64,000 nt of DNA from an uncultured Actinomycetes bacterium (GTDB lineage: Bacteria; Actinomycetota; UBA4738; HRBIN12), in the NCBI GenBank assembly GCA_963704725.1, contig OY969934.1, positions 3,008,001 to 3,072,000 of the forward strand. Reading direction: 5' to 3'. This document shows positions 11,198-22,913 of the stretch, piece by piece. The notes under the pieces are model-generated. The model had not been told where the DNA came from and made no database searches. It saw nothing but the letters and a program-made list of their open reading frames with translations. A program made the translations under genes and the position numbers. How positions within the stretch are numbered: the stretch's first letter is position 1; each line of letters opens with the position of its first letter.

Positions 11198-11678
11198 TCC
11201 ACTTCTCCCTGATGTCTTCCTTCTCGATCTTCTCCTGCAGCCGGATGATGCCCTGGAGCAGCGCCTCCGGCCGGGGCGGGCAGCCCGGGACGTACACGTC
11301 GACCGGGATGATCTGGTCGATGCCCTTCAGGACCGAGTACGAGTCCCAGTACGGGCCGCCGCAGTTGGCGCAGGAGCCCATCGAGATCACGTACTTGGGC
11401 TCCGGCATCTGGTCGTACAGGCGCTTGATCACCGGCGCCATCTTGTCGGTGGGCGTGCCGGCCACGACCAGCAGGTCCGCCTGGCGCGGGCCGTGCGCGA
11501 ACGGGATGACTCCGAATCGGATGAAGTCGTGCTTGGAGGTCGAGGCCGCGATGAACTCGATCGAGCAGCAGGCCAGCCCGAAGTTGAACACCCACAGCGA
11601 GTACTTGCGGCCCCAGTTCAGGAGGAACTTGACCGGCTGGATCTGCGCGAGCGGCGTCTTCTCGGTGATCAGACCCAT
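11166..11678 (-). CDS. nuoB: NADH-quinone oxidoreductase subunit B (second cluster)
   Basis: [27 protein letters not shown] (N2 ligands). Confidence 0.95.
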   Translation of the reverse strand: MGLITEKTPLAQIQPVKFLLNWGRKYSLWVFNFGLACCSIEFIAASTSKHDFIRFGVIPFAHGPRQADLLVVAGTPTDKMAPVIKRLYDQMPEPKYVISMGSCANCGGPYWDSYSVLKGIDQIIPVDVYVPGCPPRPEALLQGIIRLQEKIEKEDIREKWSGKLTPAATS

Positions 11679-12034
11679 CGCAGGACCCCCTTGCGCCACG
11701 CGTACAGGAGCCCGATGCCCAAGATGCCGATGAAGATCGCCATCTCGACCACCGCCTGGTACCCCAGGGGCTCGAAGATGCCGGCCCACGGGAACAGGAA
11801 CACCGACTCCACGTCGAAGATCACGAACAGGAACCCGAACACGTAGTACCGAACCTGGCTCTGGGACCAGCCCTCGCCGACCGGGTCGATCCCGCATTCG
11901 TAGGTCGTCAGCTTCTCGGGCAGCTGACGACGGGGTGCGATCAGCCGCGCGGCCCCGAAGGCGACGGCAACGAGCCCGACGCCAGCGACCAGGACCGCGA
12001 GGACGACCCCGTACGACTCGTAGTAGGTCCCCAC
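11669..12034 (-). CDS. nuoA: NADH-quinone oxidoreductase subunit A (second cluster)
   Basis: [15 protein letters not shown]; GTG 12034 preferred over ATG 12076 because a promoter and Rex-like box lie between them. Confidence 0.9.
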   Translation of the reverse strand: MGTYYESYGVVLAVLVAGVGLVAVAFGAARLIAPRRQLPEKLTTYECGIDPVGEGWSQSQVRYYVFGFLFVIFDVESVFLFPWAGIFEPLGYQAVVEMAIFIGILGIGLLYAWRKGVLRWV

Positions 12035-12036
12035 GC

Positions 12037-12072
12037 TTGTGAACGGTTTCCCGAGCAGCGCGGATTCTAGCA
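12037..12072 (-). promoter_or_regulatory. Extended -10 promoter (TGcTAGAAT) plus degenerate Rex box for second nuo operon
   Basis: 12064-12072 reverse complement tgctagaat; TTGTGAACGGTTTCCCGA at 12037-12054 (2 mismatches to TTGTGAA-N4-TTCACAA). Confidence 0.6.
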
Positions 12073-12082
12073 ACATCGCCTC

Positions 12083-13090
12083 TCACGCCCCTCGGGCCGC
12101 GCACCGCGCGGCGAGGAACTCGGCGAGCTGGACGAGGGCGCGCAGGGCCGGCCCGTCGGGGAGCCGCTCGGCCAGCGCGTGGGCCCGGTCCACCTCGGCG
12201 ACAACGGCCGCCCGGGCCACGGTCAGGTTCTCGGCGTCCAGCACGATGTCGAGGGCGCGCCGCAGGCGGTCCCCTTGGGGCGGACCCGGTCGCAGGAGCT
12301 CGTCGAGCTCACCGGCCCGGTCCCCGTGCGACAACGCGTGGAGCACGGGGTAGGTGTAGACGCCCTCCCGAAGGTCCTGGCCCGGCTCCTTCTGCAGCTC
12401 CTGCTCCGTCGCCGTGAGATCCATGATGTCGTCGGAGAGCTGGAAGGCGAGCCCCAGCGCCTGGCCGAACTGCTCCAGCACGTCCAGGGACTCACCAGGC
12501 GCGTCCGAGAGCATCCCGCCGAGGCGGCAGGACGTGGCGATCAGCGCACCCGTCTTGCGGCGGATGATCTCCATGTAGGAGTCGACCGACTGCTCCAGTC
12601 GGCCGGCCGCCTCCACCTCGCGGATCTGGCCGTCGCACAGGGTGGCGATCGTCCGGGCCAGGAGGGCGCAGATGTCGGTCCCCAGGTCCGTCGCGATGTC
12701 GGAGGCCCGCGCGAACAGGTAGTCGCCGGTCAGGATGGCCACGGTGTTGTTCCACCGGATGTTCGCCGCCGGCACGCCGTGCCGGGAGTCGGCCTCGTCG
12801 ATCACGTCGTCGTGGTACAGCGTCGCCTGGTGCACGAGCTCGATCGAGACCGAGCCCGGGATCAGCCGTTGGTCCGTGGGGTCGCCGAAGTACCCGGCCA
12901 GGAGCACGAGCATCGGCCGGAAGCGCTTGCCGCCCGCCGAAAGGAGATAGCGGGCGGTCGCCTCGAGCATCTCCGAGTCCGCCCGCACCGCCTTCTCGAG
13001 CGCCTCCTCCACGTGGTCCAGGCGCGAGCGGATCTCGCGCTCCAGCACCGGGTCGGGCGCCTCGAGGCCGGGGATGACGAAGCGGCTCAC
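12083..13090 (-). CDS. Long-chain polyprenyl diphosphate synthase (HepT/GrcC-like)
   Basis: [28 protein letters not shown]. Confidence 0.92.
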   Translation of the reverse strand: MSRFVIPGLEAPDPVLEREIRSRLDHVEEALEKAVRADSEMLEATARYLLSAGGKRFRPMLVLLAGYFGDPTDQRLIPGSVSIELVHQATLYHDDVIDEADSRHGVPAANIRWNNTVAILTGDYLFARASDIATDLGTDICALLARTIATLCDGQIREVEAAGRLEQSVDSYMEIIRRKTGALIATSCRLGGMLSDAPGESLDVLEQFGQALGLAFQLSDDIMDLTATEQELQKEPGQDLREGVYTYPVLHALSHGDRAGELDELLRPGPPQGDRLRRALDIVLDAENLTVARAAVVAEVDRAHALAERLPDGPALRALVQLAEFLAARCAARGA

Positions 13091-13124
13091 CGGACCGACC
13101 CTATCCGCTCGGTGCGGCTCCGGC

Positions 13125-14570
13125 TCACCATCGGAGCACCGCCGCCTGGTCCAGGAAACCGGCCACCAGCCCGGGGAACACGCCCAGCACCAGCACCAGC
13201 ACCGCCGGTACCGCCACGACCAGCCTCGGCAGGAGCGTCTCGTCGGTCTCCGCGTCCCCCTCGGGCTCCTGCATGAACATGAGGACGACGACCCGCAGGT
13301 AGAACGAAGCGGCGACGACGCTGCCGAGCACGCCGATGAGCACGAGCGGCCATGCGCCGGCCTGCGTGGCGGCGCGGAAGACGTTCACCTTGGCGATGAA
13401 CCCGGCGGTCGGGGGGATCCCGGTGAGCGACAGGAGGAACAGCGCCAGGAGGCCGGCCAGGACCGGGCTCCGGCGGCCCAGGCCCGCGTAGGCGGTGAGC
13501 GAGGTCCGCTGCTCGCCCCGGGCGGAGACCAGCATCACGACGCCGAACGCGCCGATGATGGTGAGCGCGTAGGCGCCGAGGTAGTAGAGCCCGGCGCTGA
13601 TCCCGGTCTGGCCCGCGGCCACCAGCCCGGTGAGGACGAAGCCCCCGTGGGCGATGCTCGAGTACGCCAGGAGCCGCTTGATGTCGGTCTGGGCGATGGC
13701 CAGGACGCTCCCCACCACCACCGAGACGGCCGCGAGGCCCCACAGCATCGGACGCCAGTCCAGGGTGAGCGGTTGCAGCGCCACGTTGAACACCCGCATC
13801 AGCGCCGCGAACGCGGCCACCTTCGTCCCCGCGGACATGAAGGCCGTGACCGCGGTCGGAGCCCCCTGATAGACGTCCGGCGTCCACATGTGGAAGGGGA
13901 CGGCGGAGACCTTGAAGGCGAAGCCGACCCCCAGCAGCCCCACCGCGGCGAGCGCGAGCGCCAGGCCGTCGGTCCGTCCGGCCAGGGCGTGCGAGATCGC
14001 CGCCAGGCTCGTGGACCCCGTGGCGCCGTAGGCCATGGCCACGCCGAACAGGAAGAACGCCGAGGAGAAGGCGCCGAGGAGGAAGTACTTCATCGACGCC
14101 TCGACCGAGCCGAGCCGTGGGCTGAAGCCCGTCAGCACGTACAGGGAGAGCGACAGGATCTCGAGCGCGAGGAACACCACGATCAGGTCCGACGCCACCG
14201 CGATCAGGGTCATGCCCGACGTCGCGAACAAGACCAGCGGGTAGAACTCGTTGCGGGCCTCGCCCGAGCGCTCGAAGTAGTGGTGGCCGAGGACCAGGCC
14301 GAACGCGGCGGTGGCGAGCAGGATGAGCCGGACGATCACGCCGAACCGGTCGACGGCGACCGAGCCGGCCAGCACCGTGAGGCCCCCGTGCCAGTCCCAC
14401 AGCGCCACCGACGCCGTCGCCGCCCCCGCGACGCCGGCGAGCGACACGAACAGGAGCGCGAGCGGCTCGACGCGCCGAAGGGCGGCCCCCCCGAGCAGGA
14501 CGAGGATCCCCGCTCCGACCAGGAGCAGCTCGGGGATGACGGGCCCGAGGTCGACGGCCGGGGTCGTCAC
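13125..14570 (-). CDS. nuoN: NADH-quinone oxidoreductase subunit N
   Basis: EASMKYF, FKVSAVPFHMWTPDVYQGAP; GTG overlaps nuoM stop. Confidence 0.95.
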   Translation of the reverse strand: MTTPAVDLGPVIPELLLVGAGILVLLGGAALRRVEPLALLFVSLAGVAGAATASVALWDWHGGLTVLAGSVAVDRFGVIVRLILLATAAFGLVLGHHYFERSGEARNEFYPLVLFATSGMTLIAVASDLIVVFLALEILSLSLYVLTGFSPRLGSVEASMKYFLLGAFSSAFFLFGVAMAYGATGSTSLAAISHALAGRTDGLALALAAVGLLGVGFAFKVSAVPFHMWTPDVYQGAPTAVTAFMSAGTKVAAFAALMRVFNVALQPLTLDWRPMLWGLAAVSVVVGSVLAIAQTDIKRLLAYSSIAHGGFVLTGLVAAGQTGISAGLYYLGAYALTIIGAFGVVMLVSARGEQRTSLTAYAGLGRRSPVLAGLLALFLLSLTGIPPTAGFIAKVNVFRAATQAGAWPLVLIGVLGSVVAASFYLRVVVLMFMQEPEGDAETDETLLPRLVVAVPAVLVLVLGVFPGLVAGFLDQAAVLRW

Positions 14571-16147
14571 GGAGTCTGCCCCGATGCATCCCGACCCAGC
14601 GCGATCCCGCTCGGCGGCCGGTACTCCGGCTGGATCCCTGCCCGCAGACCCCCCGGCAGCCCGGCCTGATCGATCCGCACCGTCTGCACCCACTGGACGA
14701 CGCCGTCGGCGCTCGGGTTGATCCGGTCCAGGACGACCTTGGGGTACACCCCGATGAACAGCATGACCGCCACCACCGGCACGATCGCGGCGATCTCCCG
14801 GGGGAGCAGGTCGCGCAGGCCCCGGAACCGCCCGCCGTCCGGCCCCTGGAACGTCCGCTGGTACGCCCAGAGCATGTAGATCGCCCCGAGGACGACGCCG
14901 GTCACGGCGATCGCGCCGAACCAGCGGTTCGACCCGAACGCCCCCAGGATGACGAGGAACTCGCCGACGAAGTTGTTCAGCCCGGGCAGGCCGATCGAGG
15001 AGAGCGTCGCCACGAGGAAGGTGGCGGCGAGCCACGGCGTGATCTGGGCCAGGCCGCCCATCTCGCCCATCTCCCGGGTATGGGTCCGCTCGTAGAGCAT
15101 CCCGATCGCGAAGAACAGGAGCCCCGTCGACAGCCCGTGATTCACCATCTGGATCACGGCGCCGCTCACGCCCTCCGGCGTCAGGGTGAAGATCCCAAGG
15201 ATCACGAACCCCATGTGGCTCACCGAGGAGTAGGCGACGAGGCGCTTCACGTCCGTCTGCATCATCGCGACGACCGCCCCGTACACGATCCCGACCAGCG
15301 CCAGCACGACGATCGCGTCGGCGAAGTAGCGGGACGCCTCGGGGAACAGGTCCAGGTTGAACCGGAGGAGCCCGTACGGCCCCGCCTTGAGCAGCAGCGC
15401 TGCCAGGACGATCGAGCCCTTCGTGGGCGCCTCGGTGTGCGCGTCGGGGAGCCACGTGTGGAGCGGGAAGATCGGGACCTTCACCGCGAAGCCGACGAAG
15501 AACGCGACGAACAGCCATCGCTGCGCCGTCACCCCGAGCGAGAGCTGCTCGAGCTGCCGGAGGTCGAAGCTGCCTCGCCCGAACTGCTGGGCGCTCTGGA
15601 ACCACAGGTACAGCGTCCCCACCAGGATGAAGGCGGACCCGAGCATCGTGTACAGGAAGAACTTGAGGCTGGCGTAGACGCGGCGAGCCGAGCCCCACAC
15701 CCCGATGATGAGGAACATCGGGACGAGCAGGGCCTCGAAGAACACGAAGAACAGGAGCAGGTCGAGCGCGCAGAACGAGCCGAGCACCACGGTCTCGAGC
15801 AGCAGGGCCAGCGCCATGTACGCGCGCACGCGGTGCGAGGTGCCCCACGCCGCGATCAGACCGACCGGGAACATGAACGCCGTCAGGACGATCAGCCACA
15901 CGCTGAACCCGTCGACGCCGACCAGGTACGACAACCCCGCCGAGCGGACCCAGGCGACCTTCTCGACCAGCTGGTAGCCGGAGCGTCCGGGGTCGAACGC
16001 GCCGAGGACCCCGAGCGCCACGACGAGGTCGGCCACCATCACGGCGAGCGTCAGCCATCGGGCGTGCGCGTCGCGCATCGATCGCCACAGCAGGAGCACG
16101 GGCACGCCGGCCAGCGGCAGGAAGATCACGACGGTCAGCCAGGGCAT
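14567..16147 (-). CDS. nuoM: NADH-quinone oxidoreductase subunit M
   Basis: FFVFFE, KVPIFPLHTWLPDAHTEAPT, AYSSVSHMG. Confidence 0.95.
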   Translation of the reverse strand: MPWLTVVIFLPLAGVPVLLLWRSMRDAHARWLTLAVMVADLVVALGVLGAFDPGRSGYQLVEKVAWVRSAGLSYLVGVDGFSVWLIVLTAFMFPVGLIAAWGTSHRVRAYMALALLLETVVLGSFCALDLLLFFVFFEALLVPMFLIIGVWGSARRVYASLKFFLYTMLGSAFILVGTLYLWFQSAQQFGRGSFDLRQLEQLSLGVTAQRWLFVAFFVGFAVKVPIFPLHTWLPDAHTEAPTKGSIVLAALLLKAGPYGLLRFNLDLFPEASRYFADAIVVLALVGIVYGAVVAMMQTDVKRLVAYSSVSHMGFVILGIFTLTPEGVSGAVIQMVNHGLSTGLLFFAIGMLYERTHTREMGEMGGLAQITPWLAATFLVATLSSIGLPGLNNFVGEFLVILGAFGSNRWFGAIAVTGVVLGAIYMLWAYQRTFQGPDGGRFRGLRDLLPREIAAIVPVVAVMLFIGVYPKVVLDRINPSADGVVQWVQTVRIDQAGLPGGLRAGIQPEYRPPSGIALGRDASGQTP

Positions 16148-16148
16148 C

Positions 16149-18023
16149 TCAGAACCTCAGCCCCAGATACAGGAGCAGCGCGACCGCGCCGAGCAGGAAA
16201 CCCAGGGCGTAGGAGCGCACGAAGCCCGACTGGATCGCCGGGGCCAGGCGCGAGGCCCGTCCCACCTCCGCGGCCACCTCGTTCACGGCGCCGTCGACCA
16301 CCCGGTCGTCCACCGCCCGCAGGCCGCGGCCGAGCCCCATCCCGGGGGCGCGGACCAGCCACCCGTAGAGCGCGTCGACGTAGAAGGCGTTCGCCAGCCA
16401 GCCGGCGAGCTCCGGCTGGCGCTGCGGGAAGGCCTCCCAGTCCACGCGCCCGGACGCCCAGATCCACCAGGCGAGCGCCACGGCGGCCACGGCCAGCACG
16501 ATCGAGATCGCGACCAGGACCGCCTCCGAGGGCCCCGTCCCGGCGGTCCGGGCGACGCCGACCACCGGCTCCAGGAACCTGCCGAGCACGCCACCCTCCG
16601 ATTTCAATCCGAGCACGAGGCCCGACAGGAGCGCGCCGGCCGCGAGCACGGCGAGCGGGGCGTTCATCGACCACGGGGCCTCGTGCCCGTGGGCCCGGCG
16701 ACGGGAACGCCCGAAGAAGGCCAGGAACAGGGGCCGGGCGATGTACAGGGCCGACAGGAACGCCCCCACCGACGCGACCGCCCACGCGGCGCCCCGGCCG
16801 CTCTGGGAGGCGAAGCTCACGATGTGGTCCTTGGCGAAGAACCCCGCCAGGGGCGGGATGCCGGCGAGCGCCAGCGCCCCGATGGCGAACCAGGCCGCCG
16901 AGACCGGCATCTCGGATCGCAGCCCGCCCATCTTGCGCAGGTCGGTCTCGTCCTCCAGCCCGTGCATCACATTGCCGCTCGTGAGGAAGAGCAAGGCCTT
17001 GTAGAAGGCGTGACAGACGAGCAGGAGCATCGCGCCGGAGGAGAACCCCATCCCGGCGGCGAAGAACATGAAGCCGATCTGGCTCATCGTCGAGTAGGCG
17101 AGCGTGCGCTTGATGTCGAACTGACCGATCGAGGCCAGGGCCGCGTAGATGGCCGTGGCCAGCCCGATCACCAGGACGACCGGGAGCGCCACGTCGGACA
17201 ACGCGAACAGCGGCGTCGAGCGCACGACCAGGTACACGCCGGCCGTGACCATCGTCGCGGCGTGGATCAGCGCCGAGACCGGGGTCGGCCCCTCCATCGC
17301 GTCGGGGAGCCACACGTGCAGGGGGAACTGGGCGGACTTGCCCACCGCCCCCGCCAGCAGCAGCAGCGAGATCGCGGTCGCGGCGCTCTCGGAGATCTGC
17401 GTGCCCGCCCCGCCGAGCACGTCGGCGAAGTCGAGCGACCCGACGTGTACGAAGATCAGGACGACGCCGAGCAGCATGGCCGAGTCGCCGATCCGGGTGG
17501 TGACGAACGCCTTCTTCGCCGCGCTCGCGGCGACGGGCCGCTCGTGCCAGAACCCGATCAGCAGGTAGGAGCAGAGCCCGACGCCCTCCCACCCCAGATA
17601 GAGCAGGAGGTAGTTGTTCGCCAGGACGAGCACCAGCATGAAGAACACGAACAGGTTGAAGTAGGCGAAGAACCGGCCCACCCGCGGGTCGTGCTCCATA
17701 TAGCCGATGGCGTACACGTGGATCAGCGTGCCGACCCCCGTCACGACCATCACCATCGTCATCGAGAGCGGGTCGAGGAGCAGGTTCGCCTCGAGACGGA
17801 AGCTGCCGGCGCTGATCCACGCGAACAGGTCGACCACGTGGTGGCGGCCCTCGGCGGGGAGCGAGAGCAGGTCCAGGAGCACCGCGACCCCGATCGCGAA
17901 CGACGCCCCGACGAGCGCCGAGGCGAGCCACCCGGCGCGCTTCCCGAGCCGCCCCCCGAGGAACAGGTTGGCGGCCGCCCCTGCCAGCGGGAGGGCCGGG
18001 ATCAACCAGGCGGCGTCCAGCAT
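16149..18023 (-). CDS. nuoL: NADH-quinone oxidoreductase subunit L
   Basis: [37 protein letters not shown]. Confidence 0.95.
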   Translation of the reverse strand: MLDAAWLIPALPLAGAAANLFLGGRLGKRAGWLASALVGASFAIGVAVLLDLLSLPAEGRHHVVDLFAWISAGSFRLEANLLLDPLSMTMVMVVTGVGTLIHVYAIGYMEHDPRVGRFFAYFNLFVFFMLVLVLANNYLLLYLGWEGVGLCSYLLIGFWHERPVAASAAKKAFVTTRIGDSAMLLGVVLIFVHVGSLDFADVLGGAGTQISESAATAISLLLLAGAVGKSAQFPLHVWLPDAMEGPTPVSALIHAATMVTAGVYLVVRSTPLFALSDVALPVVLVIGLATAIYAALASIGQFDIKRTLAYSTMSQIGFMFFAAGMGFSSGAMLLLVCHAFYKALLFLTSGNVMHGLEDETDLRKMGGLRSEMPVSAAWFAIGALALAGIPPLAGFFAKDHIVSFASQSGRGAAWAVASVGAFLSALYIARPLFLAFFGRSRRRAHGHEAPWSMNAPLAVLAAGALLSGLVLGLKSEGGVLGRFLEPVVGVARTAGTGPSEAVLVAISIVLAVAAVALAWWIWASGRVDWEAFPQRQPELAGWLANAFYVDALYGWLVRAPGMGLGRGLRAVDDRVVDGAVNEVAAEVGRASRLAPAIQSGFVRSYALGFLLGAVALLLYLGLRF

Positions 18024-18027
18024 CCCC

Positions 18028-18329
18028 TCATCCCCTCAGCACGGCGGCGTCGTCCACGCTGGCGCTGCGCCGTCGCCGGTAGACGTTCACGATGATGGCC
18101 AGGCCGACCACGACCTCGGCCGCCGCGACGACCATGGAGAAGAACGCCAGGACCTGGCCGTTCAGGTTGCCGTGCAGCCGGCTGAACGCGACGAGCGCCA
18201 GGTTCACCGCGTTCAGCTGGAGCTCGACCGACATGAAGATGATGAGCGCGTTCTTGCGGACGAGCACGCCCGTCGTGCCGATGGCGAACAGCATCACGGA
18301 CACGATCACGAAGTACGCGATGGGCGTCC

Positions 18330-18333
<4 letters not shown>
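18028..18333 (-). CDS. nuoK: NADH-quinone oxidoreductase subunit K
   Basis: [21 protein letters not shown]. Confidence 0.95.
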
Positions 18334-18910
<577 letters not shown>

Positions 18911-18911
<1 letters not shown>

Positions 18912-19408
18912 TACCGGCCCTCCCCCGTGGCCGGCGCCGTCCCCAGCGGGAGCGGCGGCTCCAGGAGCTGCTCCTTGTCGAGGACGGCCTCCTCGCGCGA
19001 CAGGAAGCTCATCTCGTACGCGCTCGTCAGCGTGAGCGCGCGCGTGGGGCACGCCTCGACGCACAGGCCGCACATGATGCAGCGCAGGTAGTTGATCTGG
19101 TAGTCCTTGGCGTACCGCTCCCCCGGGCTCGTCGGGCTCTCCGGGTCGTTGTCGGCGCCCTCCACCCAGATCGCGTCCGCCGGACACGCGTACGCGCAGA
19201 GCTCGCACCCGATGCACTTCTCCAGCCCGTTCTCGTGCCGGTTGAGGCGGTGGCGGCCGATATGGCTCCGCGGCGGCGGGGGCACGATCTCACGCGGGTA
19301 CTCCTCGGTGACGTCGCGGCGGAAGATCTGCTTGAAGACCGTGCCCATGCCCTTGGCGATGGCCGTCACAGCGCTGCCCAGGTCGACGCGCGGACGCTCC
19401 TCGGTCAC
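18911..19408 (-). CDS. nuoI: NADH-quinone oxidoreductase subunit I
   Basis: [12 protein letters not shown] and [12 protein letters not shown]; no long C-terminal tail. Confidence 0.95.
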
Positions 19409-20526
19409 GAGCTCGCCTCCTCCGACGAGGGCGGGCGCGAGAACAGAGGCCAGATCAACGAGAGCGCCAGCGCGGCCCCCAGCGCGATCAGCACGCCCGT
19501 CACGAAGGGCCCCCTGCCGTAGATCCCCGGCAGGATGACGACGGCCCCCGTCACGAGCACCCACAGCAGGCCCCACGGGATCAGCAGCTTCCAGCCGAAC
19601 GCCATCAGCCGGTCGTAGCGGAAGCGCGGCAGCGTGGCCCGGACCCAGATGTAGCCGTACACGATGACCAGGACCTTGCCGACGAACCACAGCAGCGGCC
19701 ACAGCCACGGCAGGAAGTCCGGCGCCGGGCCCCGCCACCCGCCGAGCCAGAGCGTGGTGGCCACGGCGGCGACCGTGACGGTGTTCAGGTACTCGCCGAG
19801 GTAGAACATCGCGAACTTGATGCCGCTGTACTCGGTGTGGTACCCGGCAACGAGCTCGGTCTCGGCCTCCGGGAGGTCGAAGGGCGGGCGGTTGGTCTCG
19901 GCCAGCCCGGCGACGAGGTACGCCACGAACGAGGGGAACTGCGGGATCACGTTCCACACCGAGTCCTGGCTCGCCACGATCGCCGACATCTTCAGCGAGC
20001 CCGAGTACATGAGGACCGCCACGAGCGCGAGCCCCATGCCCACCTCGTAGCTGATCATCTGCGCCGAGGACCGGATCGCGCCCAGGAGCGGGTAGTTCGA
20101 GCCGCTGGACCAGCCGGCGAGGACGATCGAGTAGACCATCAGCGACCCCATGGCCAGGACCCACAGGATCCCGATGTTGAGGTCGGCGATCTGGAACGGG
20201 ACCCGCCGGCCGAACAGCGTCACGTGCGTCCCGAACGGGATCACCGCGAACGCCAGGAACGCCGGGAGCATCGCGATAACCGGCGCGATCGCGTACACGG
20301 GCCGGTCGGCCAGCGTGGGCGTGATGCCCTCCTTGAAGAAGAGCTTGATCCCGTCGGCCAGCGTGATCAGCGTGCCGAACGGTCCGGCGCGCATCGGACC
20401 CATGCGCGTCTGCATGTCGGCGATCACCTTGCGCTCCATCCACACCAGCATCAGCACCGAGATCAGCAGCAAGAAGAACGTGACCACGACGCGCCCGGCC
20501 AGCAGGATCCAGTCGAGCCAGTCCAT
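19405..20526 (-). CDS. nuoH: NADH-quinone oxidoreductase subunit H
   Basis: [36 protein letters not shown]. Confidence 0.95.
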   Translation of the reverse strand: MDWLDWILLAGRVVVTFFLLLISVLMLVWMERKVIADMQTRMGPMRAGPFGTLITLADGIKLFFKEGITPTLADRPVYAIAPVIAMLPAFLAFAVIPFGTHVTLFGRRVPFQIADLNIGILWVLAMGSLMVYSIVLAGWSSGSNYPLLGAIRSSAQMISYEVGMGLALVAVLMYSGSLKMSAIVASQDSVWNVIPQFPSFVAYLVAGLAETNRPPFDLPEAETELVAGYHTEYSGIKFAMFYLGEYLNTVTVAAVATTLWLGGWRGPAPDFLPWLWPLLWFVGKVLVIVYGYIWVRATLPRFRYDRLMAFGWKLLIPWGLLWVLVTGAVVILPGIYGRGPFVTGVLIALGAALALSLIWPLFSRPPSSEEASS

Positions 20527-22913
20527 CAGGCCGCCCCCTCCGCCGCGACCGCCTCGACGGCGACGGGCTCCACGAAGCCGCCTCCGAGCACGGTGTTCGC
20601 GGCAAGCCCGGGCTGGTTGAACGGCACGAACACCGCGCCCTGCGCGACGTCGGCGGTCACGCGGACCGCGAGCTCGGCCTCGCCGGCTCCCGTCTTGACG
20701 CGGACCCGGCCGCCGTCCGCCACGCCCCGCTTCTCCGCATCCTCGGGATGCAGCTCGGCGAACGGGTCGTCCTCCAGGCCCGCCTTGAGCTCGGCCGCGC
20801 CCTCGGAGAGACGGCCCTCGTCGACCAGGAGCGGGTAGCTGAACAGCGTGAGGTCGCCGAGCAGCGTCGGCGGGCCGGTGCCGGTCCACGCGTCCGTGCG
20901 CACCGCCGTCTCGCGCGGGGCGAGCAGGCCCGCGGCCTCCTCCCGCAGCTCGTCCACCGTCTCGAACCCGAGGTCACGGCCCATCGCCGCCGCCAGCCCG
21001 GCGAAGATCTCCCAGTCCGGCCGGGACACGCCGGCGGGATCCCGGACGGGGCGGATGCGCTGCGACCGCCCCTCCCAGTCGCTCACCGACCCATCGCGCT
21101 CGGCCCAGGCGGCCGCGGGGAGGAAGGCGTCCGCGTACGGCTCCAGGTCACCGAGCTCCAATCCCTGCACGACCTTGAACCGGGCGTTCTCCAGGGCCCG
21201 CCGGGCCAGCTCGGCGTCGGGCACGTCGCGCAGCGGATCGACGCCGAGCAGGAAGAGCACATCGACCTCGCGCCGGGCGCAGGCCTCCAGGATCTCGCGG
21301 CCCGAGCGGCCGGGCTCGGTGGCGGCGAGCGGGCCCCACACGATCTCGACCTCCGCCCGCTCGGCCTCGTTCGCGACGCGCCGGCCGCCGGGCAGGAGGG
21401 CCGGATGCACCCCGGCGCGGAGCGCCCCCCGATCGCCGGCCCGGCGCGTGACGAAGCCGAAGCGCGCCCCGAACCGCTGCGCGACCGAGAGCGCCACGTC
21501 GGCCGCCAGCGGGTGCTCGGCCAGGCGCTCGCCGGCGAGCACGACGGCCTCGCCGCCCGCCTCGGCCAGCGCCGCGGCGACCCGCTCCTCGAACCCCTCG
21601 CCGTTCCCATCGGCGTCGTGGATCCGGTTCAGCACGTACGACTGGTGCTCGGGGCGGCACAGGCGGTGCTCCGCGACGTCCCGCAGCCGGGTGGCCCGCG
21701 GATGGACGACGAACACCCTCGCCCCGCGGCGCGCCGCCTTGCGGATCCGCAGGTGAAGGATCGGCACCTCCTGCTCGGCGTCGAGCCCGGCCACGAGGAT
21801 GACCTTGGCCCGCTCCACGTCCCGGTAGGTCGTGCGCATCGGGGCGGACGCGGCGAGCTCCTCGGCGCTGCCGCCGAGGAACGCCCGCCGGTGGTCGAGA
21901 TCGTTCGTCCCCACGACCGCGCGGGCCAGCTTGGACAGGGCGTACGCGTCCTCGTCGCCCAGGCGACCCCCCGCGAGGAACGCCACCCGGGCCCCCGACA
22001 TCCACGACGCGACCGAGGACAGGACCTCGCCGAACGACGCCGGCTCCAGGCCCCGGTCGCGGATCAGCGGCGTCGTGATCCGGCCCTCGAGATCGGGGTG
22101 GCGGAACGCGTACCGGCCCTTGTCGCACAGCCAGGCGTCGTTGACCTCGACGTTGTCCCTGGCCAGCACTCGGACGACCCGGCCGCGCCGCAGGTCGATC
22201 TTCACGTTGCACCCGGCGCTGCAGTGGCCGCACACGGAGTCCGCGCTCGACAGGTCGAAGGGTCGGGCCACGAACCGGTACGTCTCCGACGTCAGCGCGC
22301 CCACCGGGCAGATCTGCACGGTGTTCCCGCTGAAGGGGGAGCGGAAGTCCTCGCCGGCCGCGATCGAGACGCGCTCGCCGGCGCCGCGCGCGAACAGCTC
22401 GATGAACCGGTCGCCGCTGATCTCGTCGCAGAACCGCGTGCACCGCGCGCACAGCACGCACCGCTCGCGGTCGAGGTTCACGAGCGGGGAGAGCGGGATC
22501 GGCTTGCGGTACGTGCGCTTTGGCTCCACGTACCGGCTCTCCCCCGGGCCGAACGCCAGCGCCTGATCCTGCAGGGGACACTCGCCGCCCCGATCACAGA
22601 TCGGGCAGTCGAGGGGGTGGTTGAGAAGCAGGAACTCGAGGTTCGCGACCTGCGCCTCGTGCGCGACCTCGGACGTGTTCTGGGTCTTGACGATCATGCC
22701 GTCCCCGACCTCGGTCGTACACGAGGTGAAGAGCTTGCGCTGTCCCTCGAGCTCCACGTAGCACTGGCGGCACGCCCCCACCGGCGCGAGGAAGGGGTGG
22801 TCGCAGAACCGGGGGATCTCCAGCCCGAGCTGCTCGGCGGCGCGGATGATCAGCGTGCCCTTGGGGACGGTGACCTCCTTCCCGTCGATCGAGAGCGTGA
22901 CGGAGTCGCTCAT
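20526..22913 (-). CDS. nuoG: NADH-quinone oxidoreductase subunit G
   Basis: [45 protein letters not shown]. Confidence 0.95.
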   Translation of the reverse strand: MSDSVTLSIDGKEVTVPKGTLIIRAAEQLGLEIPRFCDHPFLAPVGACRQCYVELEGQRKLFTSCTTEVGDGMIVKTQNTSEVAHEAQVANLEFLLLNHPLDCPICDRGGECPLQDQALAFGPGESRYVEPKRTYRKPIPLSPLVNLDRERCVLCARCTRFCDEISGDRFIELFARGAGERVSIAAGEDFRSPFSGNTVQICPVGALTSETYRFVARPFDLSSADSVCGHCSAGCNVKIDLRRGRVVRVLARDNVEVNDAWLCDKGRYAFRHPDLEGRITTPLIRDRGLEPASFGEVLSSVASWMSGARVAFLAGGRLGDEDAYALSKLARAVVGTNDLDHRRAFLGGSAEELAASAPMRTTYRDVERAKVILVAGLDAEQEVPILHLRIRKAARRGARVFVVHPRATRLRDVAEHRLCRPEHQSYVLNRIHDADGNGEGFEERVAAALAEAGGEAVVLAGERLAEHPLAADVALSVAQRFGARFGFVTRRAGDRGALRAGVHPALLPGGRRVANEAERAEVEIVWGPLAATEPGRSGREILEACARREVDVLFLLGVDPLRDVPDAELARRALENARFKVVQGLELGDLEPYADAFLPAAAWAERDGSVSDWEGRSQRIRPVRDPAGVSRPDWEIFAGLAAAMGRDLGFETVDELREEAAGLLAPRETAVRTDAWTGTGPPTLLGDLTLFSYPLLVDEGRLSEGAAELKAGLEDDPFAELHPEDAEKRGVADGGRVRVKTGAGEAELAVRVTADVAQGAVFVPFNQPGLAANTVLGGGFVEPVAVEAVAAEGAA